Assembly (NCBI GenBank): GCA_001600695.1
Contig: BCKQ01000002.1
Span: 1,013,184 to 1,077,183, forward strand
DNA from: Ascoidea asiatica JCM 7603
Lineage: Eukaryota; Fungi; Ascomycota
Length of the DNA: 64,000 nt
Direction: 5' to 3'
Positions 10,370 to 23,452 of the stretch are shown here, in pieces. The notes beneath the pieces were generated by a model. It did not search any database. It was not told the origin of the DNA and saw only the letters and a program-made list of their open reading frames with translations. The position numbers were made by a program, and so were the translations under genes. Position 1 is the stretch's first letter. Each line of letters opens with the position of its first letter.

Positions 10370-11632
10370 TTACTTCTTTTCTTGATAAATCATCTTAAAT
10401 GGATTATCACCAAGTGTTTCTATCGAATAATGTGCATTCTTTGTCCATAGAGACATACCAAAAGTTTTTCTTTTCGTTTTGACTTTTTTCTGACTTTGTA
10501 AGTCATTTACTCTTCTTCTTTCATTATGATTTTCAATTCCTTTTTTTTGGTTTTTATTTTTGTTTTCATCTTCATCTATTGTAGTTTGTGTATTAATTTC
10601 CGTCACTCGTGTATAATATAAATTTGGAATCTTCTCCTGATTCATATCATTTAAATTGACTTTAGATGAGTTTATACTTGCTGGTGGTAATATTACTGAT
10701 CCATATTTGTTTTTCTGATTGACAAAATTATTGTATTTTGAATTAGTTGTATTGAAACTATCTGTATTATTATCATTATCATCGGTATCTATTTCATCAA
10801 TATCAATTTCTTCAAAAACATCATTTTTATTTCGTTGATTGTAAATCAATTTATTTTTACTATTTTTATTCCTGATTTTATCCTTTTTGCTATTTGGGAT
10901 ATTAGGATTTTCGTCATTTTGGTTATTACTATTATTATCTTTATTATTATTATTTTCTATGACTGCTGATAAATTCATTGATAGTGGTTTGATTCTAGTT
11001 GAAGCTCTTGTTGATTTCATTCTGTATACATCTGGGGGACCGAAAAATCTTGAATAAAAATCAGTTGCATTATTATAAGAATAAAAATAATTGTTATCCG
11101 AAGGTTTTTCAATTTTTGAATTTGTTATCATCATATTCGACGTACTTAACTGGCCTTCCACTTTTTTATTCATATGATTTATATGCAAAATTATACAAAT
11201 TACAATGATAAAGAAAACTAGGATTGATAACCCAATTCCTGTCCAGGCTACAATTGTACATGTTTTATTATCTAAACATGTTGACCAATGTTTGAAAGAA
11301 TCCCAATCAGATAATTTACTTGAGGTTGCAAAATTGTGTGAGGTTGAAGATGTCGACGAGGATATAGATGAGGATGAAGAGGATGCTGACGTTAATGCTG
11401 AGGCTAAATTGGAAGTTAAGCCAGAAGAAGAAGTGGATATTGATAAAGAATATTCCAAGGAAGGTGATGCTGCTGCTGTTGTTATTGGTGTTAAAGTGGT
11501 AATTGAAGATATTACTGAATTCTCAGAATTATCTCTATTTTGTAATATTATTGATAGATTTTTTTTAGAATTATATATTGACTCAATTGTTGAATTTATC
11601 AATTTTTGAGAATACACTACATCACCACTCAT
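10370..11632 (-). CDS. PIN2: Pin2-like single-pass membrane protein with Asn-rich cytosolic tail
   Basis: SFKHWSTCLDNKTCTIVAWTGIGL followed by a TM helix resembles Pin2 SFRSWDTCMDNKACKIIAIVGIVL; N-rich C-terminal part. Confidence 0.6.
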   Translation of the reverse strand: MSGDVVYSQKLINSTIESIYNSKKNLSIILQNRDNSENSVISSITTLTPITTAAASPSLEYSLSISTSSSGLTSNLASALTSASSSSSSISSSTSSTSHNFATSSKLSDWDSFKHWSTCLDNKTCTIVAWTGIGLSILVFFIIVICIILHINHMNKKVEGQLSTSNMMITNSKIEKPSDNNYFYSYNNATDFYSRFFGPPDVYRMKSTRASTRIKPLSMNLSAVIENNNNKDNNSNNQNDENPNIPNSKKDKIRNKNSKNKLIYNQRNKNDVFEEIDIDEIDTDDNDNNTDSFNTTNSKYNNFVNQKNKYGSVILPPASINSSKVNLNDMNQEKIPNLYYTRVTEINTQTTIDEDENKNKNQKKGIENHNERRRVNDLQSQKKVKTKRKTFGMSLWTKNAHYSIETLGDNPFKMIYQEKK

Positions 11633-13239
11633 TAGTAGTCATTAATTTTAATTTTGTTTTGGCTTAATTTATTTGAAGCTTCGAAGAAATGTTTCAAAAA
11701 TATTCTCAAATTTTGGATGAAGTTGATATTATATTAAATTAGGTTTTTTTTTTAAATTGTTATGACAGTGAAATTATGAAGATGATTTGGAATAAAGTAA
11801 TTTGAAATGATACTTCAGAGGTTGATAAAAGCAATAATTGGTTACTTAAATTTGGTTGTAAATTAAAGGAATAAATAGGAGAAGACTTATGTTATAATAA
11901 CGCCAGTATACTTTATACTTTAGAGGTAAAATATTACAAAAAGGAAATATAATTCAAAAACAGAGTCTAATATAATTAGGACTTTTTAATTTTCTTTTAG
12001 ACCTTGAAATTTATATTCAAAGATACTTTATGAAATTTCAAGTACTATTGAAATATAATATAAGTATTAGAAAAAATAAAAAAAGCTTTAGCAAGAGTTA
12101 AAAAAGAATAAATTTGAAAAATTGTAATAAGGATACTGAATTATATATATGCCATAAGATTGCCAATTGATTGCTAAGTTTATTAATAGAATTGAATTCT
12201 AAGATATTTGATTCAATGAAAGAAAAAATAGGAAAAACAATGAAGGATATTGTCATTATTAGTACTAATTTTGAAAAGTAATTTTTATGTTCATTAAAAA
12301 ACAGTATTCAAAAATGTGATGATAATTACCGAAGCTTAAATTAATCTAGAATAAGGGAGTTTTATTATTTTTTTCAAATTACATGAACAGCTACATTAGT
12401 ATCATTTAAATTAAGTGTAAAAGAAAAATGTTCTCCCCTGTTCAAAAAGATAAAATTTTGGATATTCTTAAAATTTAATCATACTGTTTTACCACATATA
12501 AAATCTTTTTAAACATTATGCTTATTTAAAAAAGAACGAGAAAAAAGCTAGCATTACAAAATTTTTTTCAAGATTAACGAAAGTGAACCATCAATATTCA
12601 AGTTTAAAATATAACTTTGAATGTTTCAAGCTGCAATTTTTAGCATTATCCCAGAATTGATCTTGAATTCAAGTTAACCCTTTTTTTGATGTTATCGGTA
12701 TTGGAAAACTACCGCTGGAATTTTCCGGTTATTTAAAGTTAACGGTTCCTGAAAAATCAAACTTAAAGTGTGCTGCCGTTGCAATTGCCGAGATAGTTTC
12801 TTGCGACCGGTAGCCACCGAGTGTCACAAAAAAGTTGGTAGCTGCAACTCAAACGCTTCAGTAGGCAAATGGTGTTTGAAAGAACAAAACCGTGATATTG
12901 GCGACAACTATTTAAGGGCAAAAAAACACAAATTATAGGTTATAGCTGTAGGACAAAAATATTTTCTGGGACACATATCAATCATCATGTGATATTGAAG
13001 GTTTAGAGTCATACACTCAATTATGGACATTTAGTAAAGCTCTTTCTAACTCATGAAAAAAGTCAAATTCAAAAGAAACCAAAAATTAATAGTTCAATAG
13101 TTTATCATAGAATTTATAATAATATCTTTCTCTTAATTGACTAAAATAAGTATCATTGTATTGATTCTTTAGTAAAAATATATCATTATTATCTATATTT
13201 TTAATAATAAGAAAAGAAAACAATTTTACAAATAAAAAA

Positions 13240-14475
13240 ATGAGTTCTTCTGATTCTCAAACTGAATTAAATATTCAAATTGATTTTTTTATATCAAAAT
13301 TAAAAAGACGTCAAATATCTGGGTCATATATAGTTGCAACAGAAACAGCTCAACTTTTGATAAGAGTTATTTCTGGTGCAAAATGGTACACTCCAGATCA
13401 GTTGATTTCACAAATACGGCAAATTGGGCAAAGGCTAATTGATGCTCAACCAAGGGAATTTGCTTGTGGTAATATAGTTCGAAGAGTATTATCATTGATT
13501 AGAGATGAAATTAAAGAGAAAAAATTAAATATAAATACTTATAAAAATAATAATAATCCAAATAATGGAACTAATAATAATAATAATAACAATAATAATA
13601 GTAATGGGTTAAATATGATTAGTGCAAATTCAACAATAGATGATCCAATTTTCACTTCAATGTTTAATTTGTTATCAACTGAAAAAGATCGTCAAGAGAG
13701 TATAGAAAAAGATCATTTAAAAACAATAAAAGATAAAACAGCTATACAGTCAAAAGAAAAAAGCAATCGTCAATTAGTTAATTATTTAAGATCAACTATA
13801 ATTCAAGATATTAAAGAATTAATTGATGAAATAGTTACAACTGATGAAGGTTTAGAAAGTAAAGCTGTTGATTTAATTCATGATGATGAAGTTTTATTAA
13901 CTCCAACACCAGGTTCCAAAACAGTTTTAAAATTTTTGAAAAAAGCTAGACAAAAAAGAAGATTCACTGTTTTAGTTACAGAATCTTTTCCAAATGATAC
14001 TTTAACTGCTCATAAATTTGCAAAAGAATTAGCTGATGCGAATATAGAAACTATTGTAATTCCAGATAATTCTGTATATGCATTAATGTCAAGAGTTGGA
14101 AAAGTAATAATTGGAACAAGAGCCGTATTCAAAAATGGTGGATGTGTTACAAGTTGTGGAGTTTCTTCCGTTTGCGAATGTGCTAAAGAACATAGAACTC
14201 CAGTATTTACTGTTACTGGTATTTATAAATTAACACCATTATATTCTTTTGACAGAGAAAGTTTAATTGAAATTGGTAATTCTGGTAAAGTTATTCTATA
14301 TCAAGAATCTGATTTAATTCAAAAAGCAAATTTCACAAACCCTTTATTTGATTATGTTCCTCCTGAAAATATTGATATTTATATTACTAATTTAGGTGGA
14401 TTTTCTCCAAACTTTGTTTATAGAATGGTTCTCGATAATTATAAGGCTGAAGATGTTGATTTAATAGATAATTGA
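13240..14475 (+). CDS. GCD7: eIF2B beta subunit
   Basis: LKRRQISGSY, EFACGNIVRRVL, SKTVLKFL, VTESFPN, MSRVGKVIIG, NPLFDYVP; poly-Asn insertion. Confidence 0.95.
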   Translation: MSSSDSQTELNIQIDFFISKLKRRQISGSYIVATETAQLLIRVISGAKWYTPDQLISQIRQIGQRLIDAQPREFACGNIVRRVLSLIRDEIKEKKLNINTYKNNNNPNNGTNNNNNNNNNSNGLNMISANSTIDDPIFTSMFNLLSTEKDRQESIEKDHLKTIKDKTAIQSKEKSNRQLVNYLRSTIIQDIKELIDEIVTTDEGLESKAVDLIHDDEVLLTPTPGSKTVLKFLKKARQKRRFTVLVTESFPNDTLTAHKFAKELADANIETIVIPDNSVYALMSRVGKVIIGTRAVFKNGGCVTSCGVSSVCECAKEHRTPVFTVTGIYKLTPLYSFDRESLIEIGNSGKVILYQESDLIQKANFTNPLFDYVPPENIDIYITNLGGFSPNFVYRMVLDNYKAEDVDLIDN

Positions 14476-14941
14476 AACCTTTTATTATGTTTTATTATAT
14501 GTTTTATTCGGACTTATTTTAATCATTTAATTACATGTTATTTTAACTATTTTATTCTTCCTAGGTAAACTAGGGCTTCAAATAATTTTCACATAAATTT
14601 TATTTTTTTTAATAAATAAAATGCAGGGTAATCCATTTGACATCCTCACCATTCTTTTTTCAAAAAGTTATAAAAACAATAAACATTTGAGAATTTTTAT
14701 TTTATTTTATTTATTTTTCTCTTTTTTTAAAGCAAGCCTTGTGCCTTGCTCGGTTTTTTGTATAAATTTAAAGATCTTGAGCTGGATTCATCTTTCGTTA
14801 AATTATTAATGAGATTTTGATAATAGGCAATATCAATTTTGGGATTTTATTTGAGTGCGATTGCATTCGAGAATGATGTAACTGTAATTAATAAGCCTAA
14901 CAGATAATTATTACTATTACTAAAAATTTGACTAATTGTTT

Positions 14942-15646
14942 TTAACTTACTTTGGTTTCTGTACCATTGATGCTTTCAATCAACCTTTTCATTTCTTCGA
15001 ATTCTTTGATTTTTTCTTCGTTTTCTAATTCATTTTTTTTCTCATCCAATTCTTTATATTTTCTTTTTGATTTTTTAGTTTTACTTTTTTTAACAGTTGA
15101 TTTTTGTTCATTTATAACTTTACTTCTACAATTTTCAGGATAAAACTTTTCTTGTAACTTTAAGGCCAATATTTGTCTTGCATGTTTTCTATTTTGTTCT
15201 CTTGATCTGGTAGCTTGAGATGTTACCACAATTCCAGTTGGAATATGATGAAGCTGAACTTTGCTGTTTGTTTTATTAATCTTTGAAATATTTAAAATCA
15301 TATTTTGAGTTAGTTTGAAAAACTATTAATTCTAAAGAAGATTTGATACTCTGTATTTTATCAATAATTACTCACTTTTTGGCCACCTTTTCCACTCCTA
15401 CACCAAATGCAAAAAAAATTCAAATCAATTGATAACAGTTAGTATTTTGATACTCTGAAAAAAATCATTTATTAGAACTACATACCCTCCTTTGATAAAT
15501 ACTTCTTCTATTTCATCTTCGTTAACTTTCGGTCTTGGAGGAAACTTATTTTTACTGAGATTAGTGTAAACAGAGACAGAAAAGAATCTGGATCCATTCC
15601 TCAACACACTGCTATTCAATCTAGATCTTCCATAAAGAGAAATCAT
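14942..15646 (-). CDS. RSO55: Mitochondrial codon-independent release/rescue factor (YLR281C, C12orf65/mtRF-R family); join(15646..15486,15397..15376,15280..14942), 173 aa
   Basis: Splicing at GTATGT/TACTAAC/TAG and GTGAGT/AACTAAC/AAG restores [41 protein letters not shown]; presequence-like N-terminus; basic C-terminal tail. Confidence 0.9.
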
Positions 15647-16110
15647 AACAATTCTTACTCGAAATACAGAATTTTGGTTGACAAAACAATAGTTCTTTGA
15701 ATCGAGATTACCAATTTACAATTATTAGAATACCATTATCATCAAAATCACCTTCAACTAACTTTCAAATCACCTTTTAATCCCCTTCGTTCACCATTCA
15801 CATGCTCAAGTCAATTTTTCAAACTATTACCCTTACTTGTGTTTTTTAAATAGACCACCGAAGTAGCTGCGCCGGGTGACCTTTTGCTCTTCTGTTTGTT
15901 TTTCTGCTTTCAAAGTTCGCAGTTCAACCAAAAATATCATTGAAGACTTCAAAAGGTGAAAAAAGATTTGAAGAACTGCAAAACGATCCAAAATAACAAA
16001 ATAAAAACTACTTCAAGAGAACAAATCTATTTAAGCCAAGTATTTATTGACGAAAAACAATTGAGCTTGATGAAAAAAAGTCTGCATTGTCTTGTTTTCC
16101 CATTAGAAAA

Positions 16111-19001
16111 ATGTCCAATTCTAATATTCCAGCAGATGAGCTTGTAAGCATTTCTTCCTTTGGTGATTATAATTAAACTATCTAAATATTACATTTAATT
16201 TATTCAATCATTTACTAACAAATTGTTTTTCTCAATTTTTTTTATTATCAGATCGATGAAAATGATTTATTGAAATTTCACTGTTTGGGTGGTGGTAATG
16301 AAGTCGGCAGATCATCTCATATAATTGAGTATAAAGGAAAAACTATCATGGTAAGTTATTCACACCTTTTTTAATATTTTTCCATTTTTAATTAATTAAA
16401 AAACTAACTTATCTCCAATCTTTCAAAAAATTATTATTTTTATCCTTTTTTTTCTCTTTTATTTAAAGCTTGATGCAGGTGTTCATCCTGCTCATTCAGG
16501 TATGGCTTCTTTGCCTTTTTATGATGAATTTGATCTTGAAAAAGTTGATATTTTGCTTATCAGTCAGTATGTAAACACAATACACGTTAAATTCCTTTTT
16601 AACATACACTATAGTTTTTTTTTTCTAAAAAAACAAGTTTTGAATTGAAAATACAATATGTATTTTCAATTAAATTACTTACCATGAGTCAAATAATATA
16701 TATATATTTATATATATAAATGTATATCCCGATAGTTCTTATTTTCTTCAGAGCAAATTTACTAACCTTTTTTAATATCATAGCTTCCATCTTGATCATG
16801 CTGCTTCTTTACCGTATGTTATGAAACATACAAATTTTAAAGGTAGAGTATTCATGACACATCCTACAAAAGCAATTTATCGTTGGCTATTAAGTGATTT
16901 TGTTAGAGTTACTTCTATAGGAAATGATAATAATAATTCCGCTTCTTTGTATACTGATGAAGATTTAACTGATTCTTATGATAAAATTGAACCAATTGAT
17001 TATCATTCTACAATTGAGGTTGATGGTATAAGGTTCACTGCATATCATGCTGGTCATGTTTTAGGAGCAGCTATGTTTTTAATTGAAATTGCAGGCATAA
17101 AAATATTATTCACTGGTGATTATTCAAGAGAAAAAGATCGCCATTTAAATCCAGCTGAAGTTCCACCACAAAGACCTGACTTATTAATTTGCGAATCGAC
17201 TTTTGGTACTGCCACTCATGAACCTGTCGATGAAAAAGAATATAGACTTACTAAACTAATTCACAATACCTTGAATAATTCAGGTAGAGTTTTAATGCCA
17301 GTTTTTGCATTAGGAAGAGCTCAAGAAATTTTATTAATATTAGATCAATATTGGGAAGAACATCCAGATTTAGAGAATATAAATGTATTTTATGCTTCTA
17401 ATTTAGCAAGAAAATGTATGGTAGTATATCAAACTTATATCAATATGATGAATGATGATATTCGTAAAAGATTCCGTTCTCAAAATTCAAATCCTTTTAA
17501 TTTCAAATATATAAAAAGTATAAAAAATTTAGATAAATTTGAAGATTTTGGTCCATGTGTAGTTATTGCAAGTCCTGGTATGTTGCAGAATGGTGTTTCC
17601 AGAGAATTGTTAGAAAGATGGGCTCCTGATGAAAGAAATTTAGTAGTAATGACAGGTTATTCTGTTGAAGGAACTATGGCAAAACAATTATTAACTGAAC
17701 CTGAAGTTATTCCAAGTGTTAATAACCCTGATATTTATATACCAAGAAGAATGAAAATAGAGGAAATTTCTTTTGCTGCTCATGTAGATTTTGAACAGAA
17801 TTCTAAGTTTATTGAACTAGTTAATCCCAAATCCATAATATTAGTACATGGCGAATCAAATCCAATGGGAAGATTAAAAAGTGCTTTATTATCAAAATAT
17901 CATAAGTTTAAGAATTCAGATAAAGAAGTTAGAGTTTATAACCCCCGTAATTGTGATAAATTAGATATATATTTCAAAGGTGTCAAAGTTGCAAAAGCTT
18001 TAGGATCAATAGCTGAAATTAAGCCAAAAAATAATGATACTATATCTGGTGTTTTGGTTTCGAAAAATTTTGACTTAAATTTATTAAAAGTAGATGATTT
18101 AAGAGAATATGCAGGACTTACTACTACTGTTATTAAAGAGAGGCAAACTATAAGAATTTTATGTGGTAGAGATATTCTTTATTGGCATTTGATTCAAATG
18201 TTCGGATATGTAGAAATTTTAACTGATGACGAAAGTGAATTTGAATTGAAAGTAATGGATGATATAATATTAAGTTTAGAAAATCAAATATGTACTATTC
18301 AATGGAATAGTGGTATCATTAATGATACCCTCGCAGACTCTGTTATAGCTATTCTTTTATCAATAGATTCATTGCCAGCTTCTGTTAAATTATCTTCAAA
18401 ATTTTGTAATAATAACCATAATCATAATCATGAAAAAAGTTCAGATTTCAAATCTGAGACTCAAAATAGAAAAGTTTTTCCAATAGAGAACACAAGGGTT
18501 ATTCCGATAAAAAAGGAAGGACCAGAATCGGAAACAAATATTATAGAAAGTACTGAAGATCACAAACTGACAACAGAGGTCAAGACTGAGATTACTGAAA
18601 ATGAAGATATAGATACTGAAATGAATTCTCAATCTATCGGAGAAACAGAACTCAAAATTATCAAGAAAGAAATTGAATTTCCATTAGATTTAAAAGAAAT
18701 TCCAAAAATTCAGGAAAGTGGTAATAATACCGAAATTCTTGAGCATGCTGATTATACAATAGGAACAAGAACTCATAGAATATCTTGCTTACTTAGAGCT
18801 CAATTTGGTGACTGTTTTGAGGAAACAGAAAGTAAATCAGGATGCTCTATTAAAATAGGGAAACTTGAGGCCACTGTTAATTATTTTGATATGACTGTCG
18901 AGTGTAAATCAAATCCTTTGAAAAGTAGGGTAGAAAATATTCTCAATAGGGCGACTGTATTGGTTGCTCCTCTTGCACAAAGGAGGAAAGTAGTTAGTTA
19001 G
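16111..19001 (+). CDS. YSH1: CPSF73 pre-mRNA 3'-end endonuclease; join(16111..16143,16252..16350,16469..16566,16784..19001), 815 aa
   Basis: Upstream exons encode [18 protein letters not shown] and SH|FHLDH (metallo-beta-lactamase motif); donors GTAAGC, GTAAGT and GTATGT with branch points; beta-CASP motifs AGHVLGA and FAAHVD. Confidence 0.95.
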
Positions 19002-19212
19002 TCCAGCTTTTTAGTTTCGTAATTTGTTTAGTATTTGCTGTATAATTTTTGTCCTTGAACTGAGCCTAAATATCCTAAAAAATAGTCTAGTTTAACTAAA
19101 TATTTTAACGAATAAAAATTTAATGTACATTAATGATTGAAAATATTATAAAAGTAAAAAGAAAGAATTGAAATGAAATGAAAAACAGAAATCTAATTTT
19201 AAAACCAAAAGT

Positions 19213-21372
19213 TTAAGCACCACACCTAAATACATTCGATCTTTGATGTCGAAACTGAATAGTTTCATGTCTTTCCAAAACATATAATGCTCTATCAAGG
19301 GCATCTGGTGAGAAGTTTTTACCATCTACAAATTCTCTTTTTAATGTTCTATATGAGGTTGACCAACCAATTGGAAGACGTCTTCTCAATTCATCTTCAA
19401 TTTTAGAAACTTCGTTAATCATTTCAGATCTTGTATCATTTCCTTGACCAGCAGCATCCATAGTTGAAGCCCTGAATAATCTTATGGCTTCATCAACATG
19501 CTCTTCTGTAGCAACAGGCGATAAATGAATTTTAGCTAAACCTTCTGAGATACGAACAATAGCTTCAAGTTGACGTACAGTAATTGGAATTGAAGACCTT
19601 TCTTTTCTAATTTTTTCTTGATTGTGCACTTCACTCCTGATCTCAACAAAATATGATGCAAGTTTAACTGAGGCTTCTTCTGATAATCTTGGAGCACATT
19701 TCAATTTACAATATGAAATATATCTTTTCATTTTTTCAATTGGAATTTCACCTTCTACAGGTTTTGCTCTATCTAAATGGACATTCATAACATGATTGGC
19801 TATTGAAATATCTCTTTGCTCATTATGTTCATCCTTAACAATAAAAATCATATCGAAACGAGATAAAATTGTTGTTTGAAAATCGATATTATCACCGGGA
19901 CTTTTCATTTCATCATATCTACCAAATAATGGATTTGCTGCAGCTAAAACAGAAGTTCTAGAATTTAAAACTGTAGTAATACCAGCTTTAGCTATTGAAA
20001 TAGTTTGTTGTTCCATAGCTTCATGAATTGCAACTCTATCTTCATCTCTCATTTTATCAAATTCATCGATACAAACTACACCTCCATCGGCCAAGACCAT
20101 GGCACCTCCTTCAAGATAAAATTCTCTTGTACTTGAATCCTTTTGAACAGAAGCTGTTAAACCAGCTGCAGATGAACCTTTTCCTGAAGTATAAATAGAT
20201 ATTGGAGAAACTTTTTCTACGAACTTTAATAATTGAGATTTTGCAGTACCGGGGTCACCCAATAATAAAACATTAATATCACCTCTTAATCGAAGCCCAT
20301 CAGGTAAAATTTTTTTTGAGCCACCAAACAAAAGACAAGTTATAGCTTTCTTGATATCTTCATTACCATAAATTGAAGGAGCGATTGAATTTGCAAAAGA
20401 TTGATATAAATTATGTCTACGAGATAATTCTAAAAATTCTTGTTCTTCTTCTTCAGAAAAAATTGCATTACCTGAAGCAGTATGATCAACATCAGTTTGA
20501 ATACCCAATACTCTTAAGTAAGGATTTCTAATTGCAACAGCTTGAGCATTTTTAACTTTAGATTGATAAATGGAATAAATACCAATTATTGTGCATCTTG
20601 TACCTGGAACAACTTTATTTGTTAAATATCTATCAGCCGATAAAAGTATATGCCTTGGTAATTCTCCAACAGGTACCATATCAGGAGCTTCTTGTAATTT
20701 TAATACTTGTTGATCAATGAAAATTGATTTATCATGAACAACAACATATGGATCTGGTGGGCATGAAGTTCTATCAGCTTGATTTTGACTAGGATTTGGA
20801 GGAGCAAGACACTTTGTAGGTAAAGAAACAGAACCAAAACCGGAATTGACAGTTAATTTCATTGTATGTTTGCATGTTCTACAAACAACTTGAACAGACG
20901 TTGCTTTTGAAGTTAAAACAGAAGCACTTATAACAATACCTGCAATTCTAACAACTTTTGATATATGATTAGCATCTAAATCTCTTATTGAGATTAAATT
21001 TTCTCTGGAAGTTAAAATTAATTGACAATTTGGAAAATCAGTTGGAACTTCTTCGGAAGATAAATACGCTAATCTTTTTGCAACTTCAGTTATTGCTTGT
21101 TCAAATAAAGGTATAATTTCAGCGGGAGAATCTGTTAATTTTTTATGTAATTCTTCATTATAACCAATTAAATGTTCTGTATTAACAGTTAAAGAATATT
21201 CTTTTACTAATAAATTTTCTCTTAATTGATCTCTATAAAGGAATTGGGTATCTAATCTGAAATCTAAAATAAAAGAACGAAATACTTTTATTATTTCAGA
21301 AAAAGCATTGGCAGAAGTATCTTCACCGGCAAGAACTCGAGCAGAATAAACATTTGATGCTTCAAAAGACAT
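19213..21372 (-). CDS. MCM5: MCM replicative helicase subunit 5
   Basis: GDPGTAKSQ Walker [21 protein letters not shown]; N-terminus and [12 protein letters not shown] are Mcm5-type. Confidence 0.97.
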   Translation of the reverse strand: MSFEASNVYSARVLAGEDTSANAFSEIIKVFRSFILDFRLDTQFLYRDQLRENLLVKEYSLTVNTEHLIGYNEELHKKLTDSPAEIIPLFEQAITEVAKRLAYLSSEEVPTDFPNCQLILTSRENLISIRDLDANHISKVVRIAGIVISASVLTSKATSVQVVCRTCKHTMKLTVNSGFGSVSLPTKCLAPPNPSQNQADRTSCPPDPYVVVHDKSIFIDQQVLKLQEAPDMVPVGELPRHILLSADRYLTNKVVPGTRCTIIGIYSIYQSKVKNAQAVAIRNPYLRVLGIQTDVDHTASGNAIFSEEEEQEFLELSRRHNLYQSFANSIAPSIYGNEDIKKAITCLLFGGSKKILPDGLRLRGDINVLLLGDPGTAKSQLLKFVEKVSPISIYTSGKGSSAAGLTASVQKDSSTREFYLEGGAMVLADGGVVCIDEFDKMRDEDRVAIHEAMEQQTISIAKAGITTVLNSRTSVLAAANPLFGRYDEMKSPGDNIDFQTTILSRFDMIFIVKDEHNEQRDISIANHVMNVHLDRAKPVEGEIPIEKMKRYISYCKLKCAPRLSEEASVKLASYFVEIRSEVHNQEKIRKERSSIPITVRQLEAIVRISEGLAKIHLSPVATEEHVDEAIRLFRASTMDAAGQGNDTRSEMINEVSKIEDELRRRLPIGWSTSYRTLKREFVDGKNFSPDALDRALYVLERHETIQFRHQRSNVFRCGA

Positions 21373-21598
21373 TTTGATATTATTAATTCTATTATTATTA
21401 TGGAGTTTTGAAGAGAAAAATATTTATTTCAGATAAATAGTATATAAATATTTGAAAAAGACTAGGTGATTGAAATACTTTCTAAATCATAAAATTTTAG
21501 CATTAAGAAAAAGAATCATTTTTTGAAACTTAGATCCAGTACACGTTGAAATTGAAATTATAAAAGAGAATTTAATGAGATTTAAAAAATTAATTAAT

Positions 21599-21636
21599 TT
21601 TCGTGTGTCATTTTCGCGTTTTCAAAATGTTTCGTG
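21599..21636 (-). promoter_or_regulatory. MCB/SCB-like G1/S elements upstream of MCM5
   Basis: CACGAAA twice (21599, 21630) and ACGCGAAAA (21611) on the minus strand within 40 nt. Confidence 0.55.
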
Positions 21637-22010
21637 TTTCGCCGTTTTATAGTTTTGTGGAAACTGAAACCGAACCCAGTTTTATGGCGCTCCTTCACCA
21701 AATTCAAACGAGAGCTATGAGGACAAATTTGTCTGAACTCTTCATTAAAATTTCAGTAATTCTTCTTCATCTTATTTAATCGATTGATTAATTTATTTTT
21801 TTGATTTCAAAAAGTTAGAGACTAAAGGAGTTCTTTGGTATTAAATTAATTTGTCTAAGAATCTAAAAAATTATTTAAGAGTGCAAAAAATATAAATTAG
21901 AAAGGGATAAAAAAATTTTGTAATGTTGCAATTCAACTCAAAAAAAATTGTTTTTTTTACTGTGAATAATTAAAACAACAAAAGAATGGCTGAATTCACT
22001 ACGTTTATTA

Positions 22011-22583
22011 TTAGTCTTCACCAGCAGGAATCTCATCTTTGAGATATCTAATCAATTTGATTTGAATTTCAGTTGCATCATTACCACGCAATATATCACT
22101 GACAAATTTCACTTCACAATCTAATTGAACACTTTGTAAAGCACTTTTTAATATACCACATAAAACATTTGAATACCATAATTCTTTAACTGCTTTTCCA
22201 TCGTCAGGTAGTTCTACAAATTCTGCTAGTGGATTTTCATCAAGTATTAAACTGAATTGTTTTCCATTATCAGTCCAATTTGTTACCTGAGGTATTATAT
22301 TTAGGAAAATCTTGAAACCAATTTTTGATATTACTTCAGCAGTTTCTTTAAATGAATTACATCTTCCAGCACCAGTTCTTGCTAAAAAATCTTCAATCAA
22401 TCGAACTCCTATATTTTCACCCATAGTTTCTAATTGTTTATTGACTTCAATATAATCATGATTTAGATCTTTACAAAGCTGAGCTACAACTGAACCATAT
22501 GTTAATGTGAAAAGCTCAGTATTAACTTTTTCCACTCTATTTTTCCAAATCTCATCACCTGCAGTTCTTATAGATTTCGACAT
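22011..22583 (-). CDS. BET3: TRAPP complex subunit Bet3
   Basis: [47 protein letters not shown]. Confidence 0.96.
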   Translation of the reverse strand: MSKSIRTAGDEIWKNRVEKVNTELFTLTYGSVVAQLCKDLNHDYIEVNKQLETMGENIGVRLIEDFLARTGAGRCNSFKETAEVISKIGFKIFLNIIPQVTNWTDNGKQFSLILDENPLAEFVELPDDGKAVKELWYSNVLCGILKSALQSVQLDCEVKFVSDILRGNDATEIQIKLIRYLKDEIPAGED

Positions 22584-23002
22584 TTTGGTTAATACTTGAA
22601 ATTATTTGAACAAAATAATTCTTGGTTACTATATTTGAGTAAGCAAGTGATAATTCTAGGTGTTGATTCTACACTGTGTTAATTACAATTCTATCAAGGT
22701 GCAGTACGTTAGCAATTTCCGCACCATTTGATTGTTTAATTCGTTTTTAATCTAGTATTTCCTGTGCACGGAACTGCGGAAAAAAATTACATTTTTTAAA
22801 AAAATCACCGAATTTGTAAGTTTTCTTAAGTTTTTATTAAAGGATAAAGGATATGACATATTTATATAAAGTAGAAAAGGTTAAAAAAAATATTATTAAA
22901 AATAGAAATAAAGAAGAGAAAACAAAAAAAGAAAAAAAATCATCAGATAAAATTTTGATTATTAGTTGTTATATATATATCATTCTGTCGATTAATATAC
23001 TT

Positions 23003-23452
23003 TCAACTATTATTTTCTTCGGTATTGGCCAAATGAACAATTATTACAGTATCACCTCTGAGGAACATTTTACTAACAAATCTTTCTTTTGAAACAGGTT
23101 TTAATTTCTTACCTTGAGAACTTCTTGGAGTTTCAGTCCAAAGTTCTTTAACATTTTCTAAAATCATGTTTGAATGCCTATCAAATGCTTTTACTCTTGC
23201 CATTAATTTATGATTATTTCTACAACTTATTATTACCACAGCATGAGTTTCTACAGCTTCTTTTAGCAATGACATGGGACCATGAGTAAATTCATACTCT
23301 TCAAGCTGTTGTAATTCCAAATCAGTTAAATCTTCACGAGGTTTATCAAGTAAATCACTTTAAATAAAAATATAGAAAAGTTAGTAATTGAAATGATTAA
23401 AAAAATATGCTCATTTGCATACTTTCAATTGATAAATGTATACATACGCCAT
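23003..23452 (-). CDS. SMD2: Sm core protein D2; join(23452..23448,23357..23003), 119 aa
   Basis: 5-nt first exon ATGGC, GTATGT donor, TACTAAC 23386-23380, AAG acceptor; [39 protein letters not shown]. Confidence 0.95.

Noticed and set aside
11205-11609. 134-aa acidic ORF
   Set aside because: Antisense shadow of the Ser-rich part of the Pin2-like gene
14942-15646. Two separate ORFs (119 aa and 73 aa), or a pseudogene lacking GGQ
   Set aside because: They join through a 22-nt exon into one intact gene
15956-16147. 63-aa ORF upstream of YSH1
   Set aside because: GTG start; out-of-frame overlap with the true YSH1 exon 1
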